A DNA stretch of 63,964 bases, the filler included, from Choristocarpus tenellus KU-1152 (lineage: Eukaryota > Protista > Phaeophyceae): assembly GCA_964200185.2 (NCBI GenBank). It is 14 parts of 14 records of this genome, joined end to end, with 100 filler letters (N's around TTAATTAATTAA, not from the genome) between each part and the next. Parts side by side here need not be neighbours in the genome. Positions count along the whole stretch, not along the records: positions 24,146 to 28,141 come from CAXNAD020016754.1; positions 28,242 to 32,803 come from CAXNAD020014003.1; positions 32,904 to 37,528 come from CAXNAD020013741.1; positions 37,629 to 42,068 come from CAXNAD020014548.1; 10 more parts are not named here. One strand, given 5' to 3'. The notes under the pieces are model-generated. The model was not told the origin of the DNA and made no database searches. It saw nothing but the letters and a program-made list of their open reading frames with translations. Positions 25,179 to 38,051 of this stretch are shown piece by piece; positions within the stretch are counted from its first letter, which is position 1, and every line of letters starts with the position of its first letter. The translations under genes were made by a program, and so were the position numbers.

Positions 25179-26956
25179 GTATGACATGGACACTCCACCA
25201 GGTCCCGCATTGTTAGCTTTGTTCCCATCTCTACCAATTCCTTCCAAGTTGTATTGGACTTTGTCAACGGGAATGCATCAATATCAAATGCTATCCTACA
25301 AAGAAATATGGTGTGCGGTGTGTTACCTTGGGTGGGTTAGATGCACGCATTGAATATGTGCAACTTTTGCTTTTGTTTGCGGAGCTTACGACTGGAAAAA
25401 AGAAACAAGGTGGACAGGAGACTTCAAGAACTGGTAGAGATGTCTCCAAAACCAACTTGACAAGTTGAGATTGAGGTTGGGGCTTGGAGCACTAGCGCCT
25501 CCAACCAACAGAAGTGGTATGAGTGTTGTCTGTAGGCGCAATAACCTTCATGACAGAGTGGCATTCCAAGGAAGCTGTGGTAGCCAATATGCGTAATGTA
25601 ATTCCTCACTGACGAGGAAACCTTTCCTATGCTGACATAATAGTGGTAGTTGCATTTACAATCTTCTCTTGATAAAGGAAGTGAACAACACCTCCCAGTC
25701 TCACTACTCTGAGAAGATCCATTTATACTGCTTACAATGGCGTTCACAGACCCTGTCCCACACACAAACATAATGGCGCCATGTGTTGGTGCGAGTGATC
25801 GCCTGTCCTGTTACCACCTAGAGGCTGGGTAAAGCGCCAGTGCCTCCCCTTTGGACACTCTAAGATTCACCATAGCCCCAGGGCAATCGTTCACAGGATT
25901 CTCAATTCGCTAGGGGCCATACTGGTCATAGGTGGGAAAAAAGTAGAAATTATCTGGATCAAGAGCCCATGATTCCTGTCCGACAACTAGCTCCAGTGGT
26001 ATACTGGGCCAAGCTCTTGCATGATCTTACTAATATCCAGATGAACACCTATCTGGAGCGTGTATAAAGATAATGACGTCGCTTCGTTTCTCAACGTATC
26101 TTTACCAACCTGAGTTTGCTGTTTGTAAAGAGGAGGAAATGTAGCAAATACTGTTGAGTAAATAACGTTATTCTTCTTACTGTTGTGAAGATGATATTGC
26201 TTAATTACTATGTACTGGTAGACCCCAGTATTATTTATTATTTATTATTTATACTATCTTGACGAAAGATGGGTTTTGACCACCTGCACTATGTTATTCA
26301 TTTATGTTGTGAAACGAGTAGGAGTGGGGTGCAATTTTCATTCAAAAATATTTGGGCTGTTCACACAACAAGGCGGACGGACTGACCTCTGTGAGGTGAT
26401 CTGTTAAATTTACCAAGCTGAGAACATTATGTTTTACTGGTGAGCTGTCCTGATGAACTTAATTTTGCCTTCTTTAGGGAAGATCGAGTTTTCCTCTACT
26501 ACTAGAAAATTAACAGTTAGTTGTGGTAAACGTGAAGCCCAAGATTGTGTGAATGTTCATCAAAGGAATGTAGATGCTAAGGGCAAATCATCTCGAAATG
26601 AACTTGAGATACTAAAAAAAGACTACATCATGAACTCTTGACGCAGATTTTGCGAGTTGGTAGTTCAGGATGCAAAACGGAATACAACTTTTGGGAAAGG
26701 TTCAAAACTTTTGAAAAAGCGACTGAGTTCCAGCAGATCTGTAGAAATGGCGAAGGAGCAAGTTTGATATGGGAAACTACAATTCGATAACGAACAGTAG
26801 AATTGAAAGTTGTTGCATTGGATTGAGCGTGTGAGGTCGGTTTTAAAGCTGCTTTTCCCAAATTATCGTGAGTCAAGAAAACTCAAAATTATAAAAACGT
26901 TTGGATACGGACAGATTCTTACCATCAGTGTGAGCATCACGTTGCAACTACCAAGT

Positions 26957-27136
26957 GACCCAAAGTATCTGGGAGGGGGGGGGTCTACACCAGGGAGTCC
27001 ATTTGGGCCAAAATCAGGACAAGTGCATTCACACACACTATCCATCCTACGTATGCAACCAAATCAGTCAAAAATCACGACATGAAAATAAAAATCCCAA
27101 ATGGACAGTTGCCACCTCCCCCATATACTTTGAGCC
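26957..27136. mobile_element. MITE family B copy (180 bp)
   Basis: GACCCAAAGTATCTGGG ... CCCCATATACTTTGAGCC; AAGT on both flanks. Confidence 0.9.
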
Positions 27137-27267
27137 AAGTCTTTGAAGGAGCAATATTACGTGGTTAGAATTCAAGGTATAAACAATTTTTAGAGAGAGG
27201 TACATATTACATTAACGACAACAATGTTATTCTTAAAGGGGTCCTTGTACATTTTTATTTATTTATT

Positions 27268-27507
27268 TATGTACGTCTGATGGATAATGTAAGAGCACTT
27301 TTCCTGGTTATGACCCCAAAAAATGGACACCCTGGTGTAGATTCCCCCCCCCCCCCCCCCCCCCCCCGCGCATCGCCGCCGGCCTTATTGAAATAACCAC
27401 CGCTATGGCGAAAGAACGAATTTAAAAGACCTTTTCCTTGTGTTGACCCCAAAAAAAAAACCCCCCGTGTGTATATCCCCCCCCCCCCCCCCCAGATACT
27501 TTGAGCC
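27268..27507. mobile_element. Partial inverted MITE family B copy (noisy, locally duplicated)
   Basis: Reverse complement reads GGCTCAAAGTATCT(G)n..TCTACACCAGGGTGTCCATTT..GAAAAGTGC. Confidence 0.7.
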
Positions 27508-28241
27508 AGAGATAATTGAGGAAAAAACACTCTTATGGAAGAAAAAGGGAAAAAAGATAAAAATACAGGATATCCATGAAAGCATCTCACACTTGATTCT
27601 GTGTACAATTTACTTCCCTAACCTGAGTTATCAACTAGATCCTATGCTGACTCATGTGATGACAACGTCTGAGATCACAACCAGACTGTTCACGGTCTTA
27701 CTCTCCTTTTTTTTCTCATTCTCTCCAATATCCTATCGCTGTTTTCCAGGATCTGCCACCATGTCTCCACACGACTACAATTGGCGTGAGATCCAGAAAT
27801 TCGAACAGGTATCAAACAAGCACTTCTACTCACTGGGATTTCGCACCTGGGGGCCGCTCCCATCAGCACAGGGTCCTGCCACACGTTTGAGATCCCGTGA
27901 CCAGTACAGCAACCACGACCCGAACAATGATCAGAGCAAAAACCTAGGCTTGGTCATGGTAAGTGGCAACCTTGTGTCCAATTTACGAATCTACATTAAG
28001 AAACTAGGAAATTACATGCATGTGCCAAGGTTGCAAAGATCAGAGACGTAGAGACAGACAAGGATCGCATTGCTCACAACCTGCCCATGCGGTATCATCA
28101 GGACGGCCATAAGAATCTAGAGAGGAGTCATCGGAAGTAGGNNNNNNNNNNNNNNNNNNNNNNNNNNNNNNNNNNNNNNNNNNNNTTAATTAATTAANNN
28201 NNNNNNNNNNNNNNNNNNNNNNNNNNNNNNNNNNNNNNNNN

Positions 28242-28528
28242 CTTATTGCGAGGCGGGAGATGCGCATCAACACATAAACATCATTTTTAAAAAGCGCTCA
28301 TAATCGTTTCCATCCTATCCATGAAGCTTAAGAATGATTTCCCAGCTCACCACGATTAATCAGTCGCTTCAACGATTGATTTTCCAGCTCACCACGATTA
28401 ATCAGTTGCTTCGACAATTGATTCCCAGCTAACCCTAACCCTAATTACTACAAAAACGATATTGTACCACATCAATTCTGTGCCGCTTTTTTCGCCCATG
28501 GGTGCACAAAATCGGGGGAGGTACTGTA
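28242..28528. mobile_element. Probable right end of a Tc1/mariner-type non-autonomous element with 42-bp tandem repeats
   Basis: Ends GGGGGAGGTACTG|TA, i.e. a CAGT terminus next to TA; the 42-bp unit occurs about 2.3 times at 28335-28430. The other end is not in the contig. Confidence 0.45.
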
Positions 28529-29354
28529 ATGGATTGAGGCAAGATATCCGATTGATTGATTTGATTTAGGAACAATAGGGACAACTATGTTAGTTGAGGT
28601 TAATAATAATAATAATAATAATTAGTTGAGGTTTACACATCTGAAAAATGTTAGAGGGCATAATAAAAAGTATATATGTAGAAAGTAGGTTTCCTTTTAT
28701 TTTACCGTTATTGCTGTATGCGATATACCGTTATACCGATTGAGGTTATGTTTTGAGAACTTCGGTTCAACTGTGTGAGGATATTCTAAGTAGGGTTTAT
28801 AGTGACATGTGAATAGTTTTCATTGGTCTTGTTCCTGAAACATCTGGAAAATGTGAAAGGGCATAATAAAAAATATATTCGGAGAAATTGATTTCCCTAT
28901 CTTTTCGTAACGTCTCTTTATGAGTACATTTTTCGAATGTTGGATCTTTTATCTGTATCCAGATCGTGATCCTCCCCACTTCCTCAGTTCCCTACTTTTT
29001 CCTGCAAGTCCTTTCAGTCTTCTTGCGCTTGTTTAACCATAACCTCGTCCTCTCAGTTACAGTTTGTCTTCGTCCGTCTGATCTGTGTTACCTGGTGATT
29101 CTCTTCACCACCCTTACCTGAGTGAATCACGCCACCACAGAATCAGACGACTCATATTGGCGACAGCAATAAACTCAAAGATAAGGTGACGGATAATTTT
29201 GTTTGACATGCAAAATCGAGAAGAGAGCGGTGTCAACAAGAACGCCTGACTGAACACCTCAAAGAATCAAGAGAAGTAGATGAGAAAGTTGAAGAAAATG
29301 AATCAGTACAGGACATAGATTCAACCATGTTCCCCCCCCCTCTCTTCAATAGGA

Positions 29355-30505
29355 ACAATAATAGGAATAGTAGCAGCTGAGCCCTGAAAGCGCACCCACT
29401 ACGACGGATCTTTCGACCCTCGTAGTTTAACCTCAACACCTTCACAGTGGAAAGTTTTGGGCGCCTCGGTAAGTAAGCTGAACGTTTTCTGAATGATCCA
29501 GCTACGCACGCAGTAGGGGGAAGAGGGACGGGAGGATACAGGAGAAAAGGGGCGGTCAAATCCCGTCTATGCCAGATAGTCTCAATCACAACACAAGTAG
29601 CCCTATCTTGACGTGTCATGCGTTTTAAGCTGGAAACACCTGGAGAAGGGCAAGGAGGGACTTGTTAGATTCTTGGGATGCTTCCCTAGCTCCTCACCCT
29701 GGGGGTGCAGGACTAAGCTAGGTTGGAGGCACTGGAAGGCAGTGGTGCAGCGTAGCTGGTAGTAAAATGGTAAATAGATTAATGCCTTTAACATTTCACG
29801 ACAACTGGTACTTTTTTAGGGATTTTCTTACACGTTAATAGTTTTCATTGGTTTTTCCTCTGACACATCTACAAAATGTCACAGGGTATAATAATAAAAT
29901 AGAAGGAACAAACGATTCGAGACGTCACCATTTTTTATTCGGTACCTTAGATGTCAAATACACACCTCGGTCACAACGCAAGTAGTCCTCTTTAGATGAA
30001 TCATGCGTTTCAAGCTGGAGACACCAGGGAGATGGGCAAGGAGGGGTTTGTTAGATTCTTGGGATGCTTCCCTAGCTCCTCACCCTGGGATGGAGGACTG
30101 AGCTAGGTTGGAAGAATAGGAAGGCAGTGGTACAGCATAGCTGGTAGTAAAATGGTAAATAGATTAAGTCTTTCACATTTTACAGTTACTTTTTAGGGAT
30201 TTTTCTGACATGTAAATTGTGGTTCCCTAGGTCCCCACCCTGGGTGTGCAAGAATAGGTTTAAGACACAGGAAAGCAGTAGTTTAACATAGATATGTGGT
30301 AGTAAAATAGGAAATAAATTAAAGTTTTTCACTTTAGTGACAATTGTTACTTCCTTAGGGTTTTTTCAGGTATGTGAATAGGAATCATAAGTTTTTCCCC
30401 TGATACATCTACAAAATGTCAGAGGGCATAATAAAAAAATAGTTTTCATTGTTTTTCCTCTGAAACGTCTGGAAAATGTCAAAGGTCATAATAATAAAAA
30501 TATGC
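29355..30505 (+). mobile_element. Tandem CRE-like 3'-end fragments
   Basis: FTVESFGRLG..QIVSITTQVALS*RVMRFKLE plus 3' region at 29355-29900; repeated in truncated form at about 29970-30220 and 30225-30505. Confidence 0.85.
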
Positions 30506-30684
30506 ACACTAGTAGTATAGTAGTAGTAGTTAGTAAGAGGAGTGGTAGTTGTACCGATTCTGATCACAGGTCGATATCATCCTGAAATAAAATGCGATGG
30601 AAAAAATAAAAATATCGATGACGAAACCCCATACTACTACTACTATACTATGTTTACGTTAAAATGGGTCTTCCCCTATAACAT

Positions 30685-31685
30685 ACCAACAAGTACAGGG
30701 ACAGATGGTCACAAGTTCGGGGGGGTTGGACCAATCCTCCATTAATCATCGCCAGCATGCACCCTTTGTAGGATCACAGGTGGCCACTCTCCCCATCCTT
30801 CAAGCTAGAAAACAAGGGCCTCATGGAGAGGTTTTCTTGCAAGCTATATCTGTACGAGGCCCACAATTCGGGGCCTGGGATCATCCATCCACATCCATCA
30901 TCATCCATCCACATCCTCCTCTCAACAGGAGTCCCTTCAGAAGTCTTGACAGGAATTATTGGCCAAGACTAGGTAGCCTGGGGAAGAACAACAACCGATA
31001 CCCCTATCCCAGAGGTCCACTCTCTATCAGCCCATGATAGCAGGATTGCAAGGAGAGCACAACATGAGATCACCCGCCTCCTGAACAGGACTCCGTTTGA
31101 CTCCTTCTGGATGCAATTTGACAACCTACCAGACGATGCAGAATAAGGGAGGGAAAGTTCTTTGCTAGGCCTAATCCCGACCACTGGAGCCAGTGTGGAC
31201 AAGGGGCAAACACATGGGCCTCCACACAGCCCCTGGAGCCAGCATGCCAGATTCCTCTCATAGTTTAGACTCACTGCCAAAGGATCTTGAGGGGGGAAGG
31301 AGGCCCTATCCAACAAGGGTCCGGTGGCTGGGTACAGGAGGGCATAATGTCAACACTTGACATGCTTGCACCTACCTTAGGGGTAGGGGGGCGGGTACGC
31401 CAACACACGCCAATGGTTAGGCGTCTAGTTCACCTCTGCAGGAATTAAGTATCCCTTTCGCTATGGAGGATGGTAGCCCATTCACAGCGGACAGGAATTT
31501 CCTCATGGATGTGGTCTTCCATGCTGGCTCACTTGCGGATGCTGGGTCAGCTCCCTACTGGGACAAGGGCCTCCTCCTGGACGTTGTGTTTACAGAGGTG
31601 CAAGCAGCATCCCATCTACTATACTCATCCACCAGCAATGGTGTAACCGCTGCTGCAGATGAGCCACTAAAGTGTACCCACTACA
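30685..31685 (+). mobile_element. Second decayed CRE-like ORF fragment
   Basis: Collinear with 21392-22370 (QHAPFVGS, WSQCGQGA, MDVVFHAG..DKGLLLDV..KCTHY). Confidence 0.88.
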
Positions 31686-31687
31686 AG

Positions 31688-31920
31688 TTTTCTTTTTTTC
31701 CCTCTGACATTCTGCAGATGTGTCAGGGGAGAAGCCCATTCAATATCATAAGGACCCCTGTAAAAGTAGCAGTCGTCGTAAATGAAAAATCTATTTTATA
31801 TTTGACTACCAGCTAGACTACATCATTCCCATCAAAGCTCGCAATTACAATGTTGTGTGTGCACTACCTGTATGACTCCAACCTAGCTCGGCCCTACACC
31901 ACAGGGCGAAGAGCTAGGGA
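31688..31920 (-). mobile_element. Inverted CRE-like 3' end with A-rich tail
   Basis: Reverse complement matches 29683-29900 and ends CCTGACACATCTGCAGAATGTCAGAGGGAAAAAAAGAAAA. Confidence 0.8.
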
Positions 31921-33167
31921 TTTTCGTGAAATCAAGTCTGGCGTTGAAGGGAGTCAAACCCTTGTAATTCATGCAGGGTGCTGCCTCCTTAATCACTGAC
32001 CCAAGAAGGACGCCCGACTTGCCCGTCTATGAGAATTAGGAAAGTAATACCGTGTCCAGTGCCTCTGGTCGCGAGCGAGGATACTATGTAGTCCCAGACT
32101 ATAATTAAATGCTATTATTATACTACTATAATACTACTACCACTATAAACAGTGGAGGATGAACGTAGACAACGCTCCTTAGAGAAGAAGGGACCGCCTT
32201 GCACCTACTACAATCTGACTTTAGGTACCAGAAATTCTGGAACAGAGAGCTGCCTGCGGGTACTTGACTATTTGAAATGGATGAACCGTGGCATTGAGTG
32301 GTAAGAATGAGGTGGGGTATGCAGCGGTACTGATGGAACAGGTTTGGGCTTGTGGATGGGATGTGACTGTGCTCTACAAGACAAGGAAAGGCGGAAAATC
32401 TGGCCTCGAATCCTCTGAGTCGAACTTCACTGTGCTTTTCAGTGGAGGTGTCGACATAAGAAGCAACTGTGGAGAGAATGGGATTATTGTGGAGGAGTCA
32501 ATCGAAAACAGGCCACCCTTTACGAAAAGTGGTTTGGTGAGTGGATAGTGAACGTCCGGTTACAGGTAGTTTAACTTGAGTTACCTTCACTGTGGGATAT
32601 ACCCCAACAGAAAGGAACTTCAAGGACCACCAAGGATACTTTCTAGGAGAAGCTGTACATACACTACTGTAGGGCAGAAGACCCCCAAAATAATATATTT
32701 TTTCCCGTGATGGACACTACTAACATTCACACTGGAAGGAGAGGGAGGGGAGGGGGGGATCACAACAGGGGAACTTGGGGCATATGGCCGTGCTTTGATT
32801 GGTNNNNNNNNNNNNNNNNNNNNNNNNNNNNNNNNNNNNNNNNNNNNTTAATTAATTAANNNNNNNNNNNNNNNNNNNNNNNNNNNNNNNNNNNNNNNNN
32901 NNNTCAATGGACTCCACTCCAGCCTCCCATCCTCCCTCCCCTCCTCTACCCCCCCCCCCTGCCCTACCTGTTGCTGACTGTGCAATCCCATACTTCATCT
33001 GTGTTATTAAATAGGGTTAACTCGGTACATTGAATAAGAATAATTAAATAAGGTATAACTATTGACGGTATTTACACAATTGCTTGTACCGCTTGGAGGT
33101 AAAATACATGGCGTCATACCACTCTGTTGAGTACCAATTTCCAAGTTGGCAGTAGATGAAGGATTTA

Positions 33168-33259
33168 TGTATTAGTTGTATTAGGTGTATTAGGTGTATT
33201 AGGTGCATTAGGTGTATTAGTTGTATTAGTTGTACTAGTTGTATTAGTTGTACTAGTTG
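33168..33259. repeat. 9-bp minisatellite (GTATTAG[GT]T)n
   Basis: About 10 tandem units. Confidence 0.88.
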
Positions 33260-33353
33260 GGGGGATGATCATATGCTTCGATCTGAAAATATTCCAACAT
33301 GACACACACACACACGCACACCAAATCTGCTTTTATTTATATTTTATAAACAG

Positions 33354-36300
33354 GTCTCCAGCGGGCCATGATGGATTCAATGAAACAGGCTGTGCAGGTA
33401 CCACACATGATTTTTTGCGATGAGATTGGAGGGGACAGGCTGGTTGCTCTCAGGTCGGACCTCAAGGACCTTGCTGAGGCCAGGGGAGTGAAGCTAAGCT
33501 ACCTGCCTTTCATCATCAAGGTTCGAATTGTTGATCTGGCCAATAGTGACTTGTTGTGATCAGTAGTATTTTTGTTATTTTCAATAGTGCTCTGCTGTAT
33601 CAGAGGCGTTTTTATTATTATTATTATTATTTTATTATTATAAATACTGCTCTTGTTATTTTCTTGTCATTATCTTGTCTCTGGTCTTGTAAAAAAAAAT
33701 CATGATTTTACCCTAGTTTGTCAATGAAATGCGACTTAATGTACCTCTTCCATGCCATCTGCTGCGAACCTGAAAGACACCCCTTCCAATACCTGGGTTT
33801 TAGTTCACCCTGCAAACTGTTTGAACTGATCCTCAACAGAGAAAGCATGTATAGTGCCAAGCCTATGACATGGAAAATAGTATACCTTGTTCACAGTGGA
33901 TTGATCATAATTGCAATCCAATTGCAACCTCATGGGAAAGAAAAATCAAGGGCACTATTTATTTTAATACTGCTATAAACACAAAGAACAGTTCACTAAC
34001 CCTAACCCTAAGTTATCTCTGGAGTAAAAAAAACTGTAATAGTTTGTGTGTGGTGAGCCGTCAGTCTGTGGCCAATCAGTACCCTCCATTGCAGATCAAT
34101 ACCCTAGGGGCAGGGGCATGTAATATTGTACCATGCATGTCTGACTGAGAGCAGCTGGCTGCAAAGTTTCAGTTTGAAGGGGCAATACCTAAGATTATCT
34201 TTTACCATGTAGAGCTGCGGATTGCAATGTTAAGGACCCCTATGGCTATCACTGAGAGTGGGCCATTTTTTTTTTGCATTGCCAATGGAAGCACGCCTGC
34301 CATGTCTTACACCTAAGAGGGGGTTTCTAAAAGATTTTTATGTTATGTGTTGATAAGGCGTTGTGTGCATGTTTTTGTTTGTACTTTGGAGTTTACCACT
34401 GCATGATATGCATGATGTTACTCTATTTTATTTTTTTGTACTTTGGAGTGTACCACTGCATGATATGCATGATGTTACTCTATTTTATAGACCTTGATGA
34501 TGACCTTGCAATACCCTCGTAGTTCGCATCTTGTTTTTTGCATAGTGTAGGAGAAGTTGCTGTATGTTGTATACATTTTAAATAGCAAGGCAGTGCATAT
34601 CTTGTATTGTGCATATTGCATAGTATGCAATTATATTTTTCTTCCCTTTTTTTATACTCTGGTAGGATATCTTATGGTTGTATAGTGTACAATAAGTTAC
34701 TTTGTTGTAATACATCTCTGAGACTCTGATAGTGTATATCTTATATTATGTATTTAGTATACCGAGTCATTGGTATGAACTGTACTTTTATTTATTTTTG
34801 TCCTAGTGACCATGTCATGTATTGGACAAGTGTATTATGTGATGAAGTATAATGGTACAGCAATTTCCACACCCACTTTTGAGGACACATGCAATATCTT
34901 GTGCAACTACATTTCTTGAGGTTCTGCCATTAAAAGCAAGAGGGTTGCCGTTTGTGAACATGTCATCCACAGTGCTCTGTGGCAAGACTTTACAGTAGGC
35001 TGCCCTGCTCTTGCTGTACAAAATGTCTATTGCTATTAGTTATCACTACTAGTACTATTAATTAAAATGATAACAATAATAGTAGTAATATATATTTTAA
35101 GGTTTTCTTTTGATGGGTGTTAGTTATCACTACTAGTACTATTGTATAATAATATACATGATTAAGGTTTTTAGGGTTAGGGTTAGGGTTTGGGCTTTGA
35201 TGGGTGCATGGATGTTGTTACATCAAGTACTTCCTTCCTCTTCAGCCTAAGAAATAATACGCTTTGAACTTCACCCCTTCCATAATGCTATCAACTCCTC
35301 TTGCATCACCTTACATGCATTTACATATATGTATGTATTTGTGAATAGTCAGGCCACATCAATGGCACTGAAGGCGTTTCCAATCCTGAACGCTAGTATT
35401 AGCAAGGACCAGTTACAGATGGAGTACCATTTGGACCACAATATTGGAGTGGCCATGGATACGGATAGGGGGTTGCTGGTACCCAACATTTCCTCAGCAC
35501 AGGAGCTGAGTATCTTGGAGATTGCTGAGGTGATACAAAAAAAAAAATCACTATTGAAACTGTCGGTGCTGTGGGTACTGTTGGTTGTTGTATCAACCAC
35601 ACGTAATGGTAATCGTTATATGCTCCATAGTATAAATGAGTACATGATAGTTGCAGTATGTAAGATTTTCATGTGATACTTGAAGTAATATGTTGATATA
35701 GCACGCACAGTAGTATTTTGATAGTATGTTGATAGTATTTTGACGTCTGATAATAGTACAAAGTACGTAATATTAAATAGTAGTACTATGTAGTAATGAC
35801 TGTTGATGCTGTAAACAGAATAGTAATAGTATCTAGTAATACTAGTACATAATAGTAATAATAACAATAGTAACAATATAGCGGCACTTGGGAACCATGC
35901 CACAATTTGGTGCAAAGAGACAATTACATGAGGCTTACACACAAGGGTGGGTCACAGTATGAATACAATACGAATTTCAAGAGGAACACAGCACACTCAG
36001 CTTAGTCTAGAGCTCTCTTCATAGTTCCATAAACCTGATCCATAATACATTTTCCCAGATCAATTTTTACCCATACTACACACACACACATGTATCTTTC
36101 TTTGTATATATACTTACATTTAATTGTGAATTATGTCTGATGTGGGAATGCACTTTTGAGTGCTGTGTACATGGTCGTGGTCAGCACTGAATTTACATCT
36201 GCTCAAAATGGGGCCTTATGTTACACCCTAACCCTAGCCCAGTATAAAGTTGAGTGTGTACAACTAATAGTAATAAATACTTTGAAGTATTTATTTAACC

Positions 36301-36649
36301 TATGGTATGTAGTAGTAGTAATAATACATTGTACTTACCAGGACCATTATTTGTCAGTTATGCCAAACTGTACCAAATTCCCTGCGTGCCATTGAATATA
36401 CCAAAACTAACCTTGAGTATACTTGTGTGGGAGACTGCATGACTCTAACCCCTGTCTAAGTGCCCTTCTTCCTTACTTACAAATGTTGTCCTTACTTACA
36501 ATTGTTGTCCTCACTTACAAATTTTGCTGTTGAAACCCCCTACCCTTCTGTTGTACCATGGTGTTCTTACTAAAGGAGCTAAGTACTCTACAGCGACTGG
36601 GGGTGGCAGGCAAGCTGGGGGAAGCCGAGCTGATGGGGACAACATTTAC
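33354..36649 (+). CDS. DBT: Dihydrolipoamide branched-chain transacylase (BCKDH E2), three internal exons
   Basis: Exons 33354-33520, 35353-35529 and 36576-36649: LQRAMMDSM..VPHM..KLSYLPFIIK|ATSMALKAFPILNAS..HNIGVAMDTDRGLLVPNI..SILEIAE|ELSTLQRLGVAGKLGEAELMGTTFT. Confidence 0.93.
34379..34488. repeat. Direct tandem duplication of about 57 bp in a DBT intron
   Basis: TTGTACTTTGGAGT[TG]TACCACTGCATGATATGCATGATGTTACTCTATTTT occurs twice. Confidence 0.85.
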
Positions 36650-36968
36650 GTGAGTGAACAGAACACCACCTACTGTGCCTGAATAACTAAAAAAAACTAA
36701 TAATTAACCATCCTATGTTGACATAGAAAGTACACCATATTTTGGTCACATCACAGGTCTGGGCTCTCCAGAGCAGCGAATAACATGCACCCCTAACCCT
36801 AACCCTAACCCTCCACCCTCGCTTGTGTCAAGATGTAGGTCTATGGTCCTGGTTTGTAGCATAAATGTCTAGTATATAGTTTATAGTTAACATTCACAAC
36901 AGGGGGGAAACGTTATTGGGGTAGTACACCAGGTATCACAATGAGGGTGTAGTGTGCTACATGTATTT

Positions 36969-37227
36969 GAGCCAAAGTATCTTAGAGGGTAGAGCCGCGT
37001 CCAACTGGGACCCAAAAACCAATGTTGCGTTTTCAATGTAATTTTGGCTATCGTGTTAGTTAGGATGTGTCAATGTCCATGTTCCAGACACACCTTTTCA
37101 TAATGTATACATTTTATCTACTCCGAAACATTTTGGAGTAGGAAAATGTCGTGAAAATACCCATGAGAAGCCAAGCTCCAAATGGACAAACAGGGCAAAA
37201 CTCGTACCCTCTAAGATACATTAACTC
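36969..37227. mobile_element. MITE family A copy 3 (opposite orientation)
   Basis: GAGCCAAAGTATCTTAGAGGGTA ... TACCCTCTAAGATACATTAACTC; the flanks TTT/TCA do not match. Confidence 0.92.
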
Positions 37228-37628
37228 TCATACATACGCTGCTTCTTCCCGGTTGTATTGTTTGTTTGTATATTGTACACCTATAAACCCCATTCGTGAG
37301 AGAGTACATGCTGGTAAAACCTATCACCAGCGTTTCCACCCGATTTGGAGAATATGTACAAACAAGGTCATTTACTCTGTGAAGCATGAAAGGAGGACAT
37401 TTAATCTTGAATCCTCTTTCGGATCGTTACAGAAATATTTTCATGGACACTCAAACAATGATGTCTCTCTGCCCCAAGTCAAGTACAAAAGGGGGGGGGG
37501 GAGCATTTTATCCCACATATAGCTACGANNNNNNNNNNNNNNNNNNNNNNNNNNNNNNNNNNNNNNNNNNNNTTAATTAATTAANNNNNNNNNNNNNNNN
37601 NNNNNNNNNNNNNNNNNNNNNNNNNNNN

Positions 37629-38051
37629 CCAAACATCAAGGTGAGATCTCCCCCCCGCCCCGCCCCGCCCTCCCTGGACTCTCTATACACGGCAGCATTC
37701 ACAGCTCAGACCACTGCAGGAAACTCAAGGAGGCGTCTTTTTTTTTTAGTGTATAATGCGCATTGTTTCCAAATCCTTTATGAAGTATTGGGAGGGGTGT
37801 TTTTTGTCCTTCCAGGGTAGGAGAGTCTGGACTGCGCTTGAGAGGATGGATGCCCCCACCCGACTTTTTTTTTCATTTTTGTGCAACCGTGACAGGTGTT
37901 CAGCCTCCCAGAGGTGATCATTCAGATGGAGGCATCGGATGACTACGCAGGCTTTGGGATCTTCCCTTCCGAAGCGGCCATGAAGTATGTCAAGGATGCG
38001 AGGTCAAAGGTCCCGACAAAGGCTCGCCTGCGTAGGATGCAGGCCTTCTAG
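37629..38051 (+). CDS. 3'-terminal exons of an unidentified gene
   Basis: ..PNIK|gtgag at 37640; CAG acceptor at 37895; exon 37896-38051 reads VFSLPEVIIQMEASDDYAGFGIFPSEAAMKYVKDARSKVPTKARLRRMQAF*. Confidence 0.6.

Noticed and set aside
27440-28051. 203-aa ORF or tyrosine-recombinase fragment
   Set aside because: It starts within MITE poly-C sequence, and the HFYSLGFR resemblance is too weak, with no other catalytic residues.
28620-30505. CRISPR-like or integron-like array of hairpin repeats
   Set aside because: Spacing is irregular, the intervening DNA is itself repeated CRE 3' sequence, the context is eukaryotic, and no cas or integrase gene is present.
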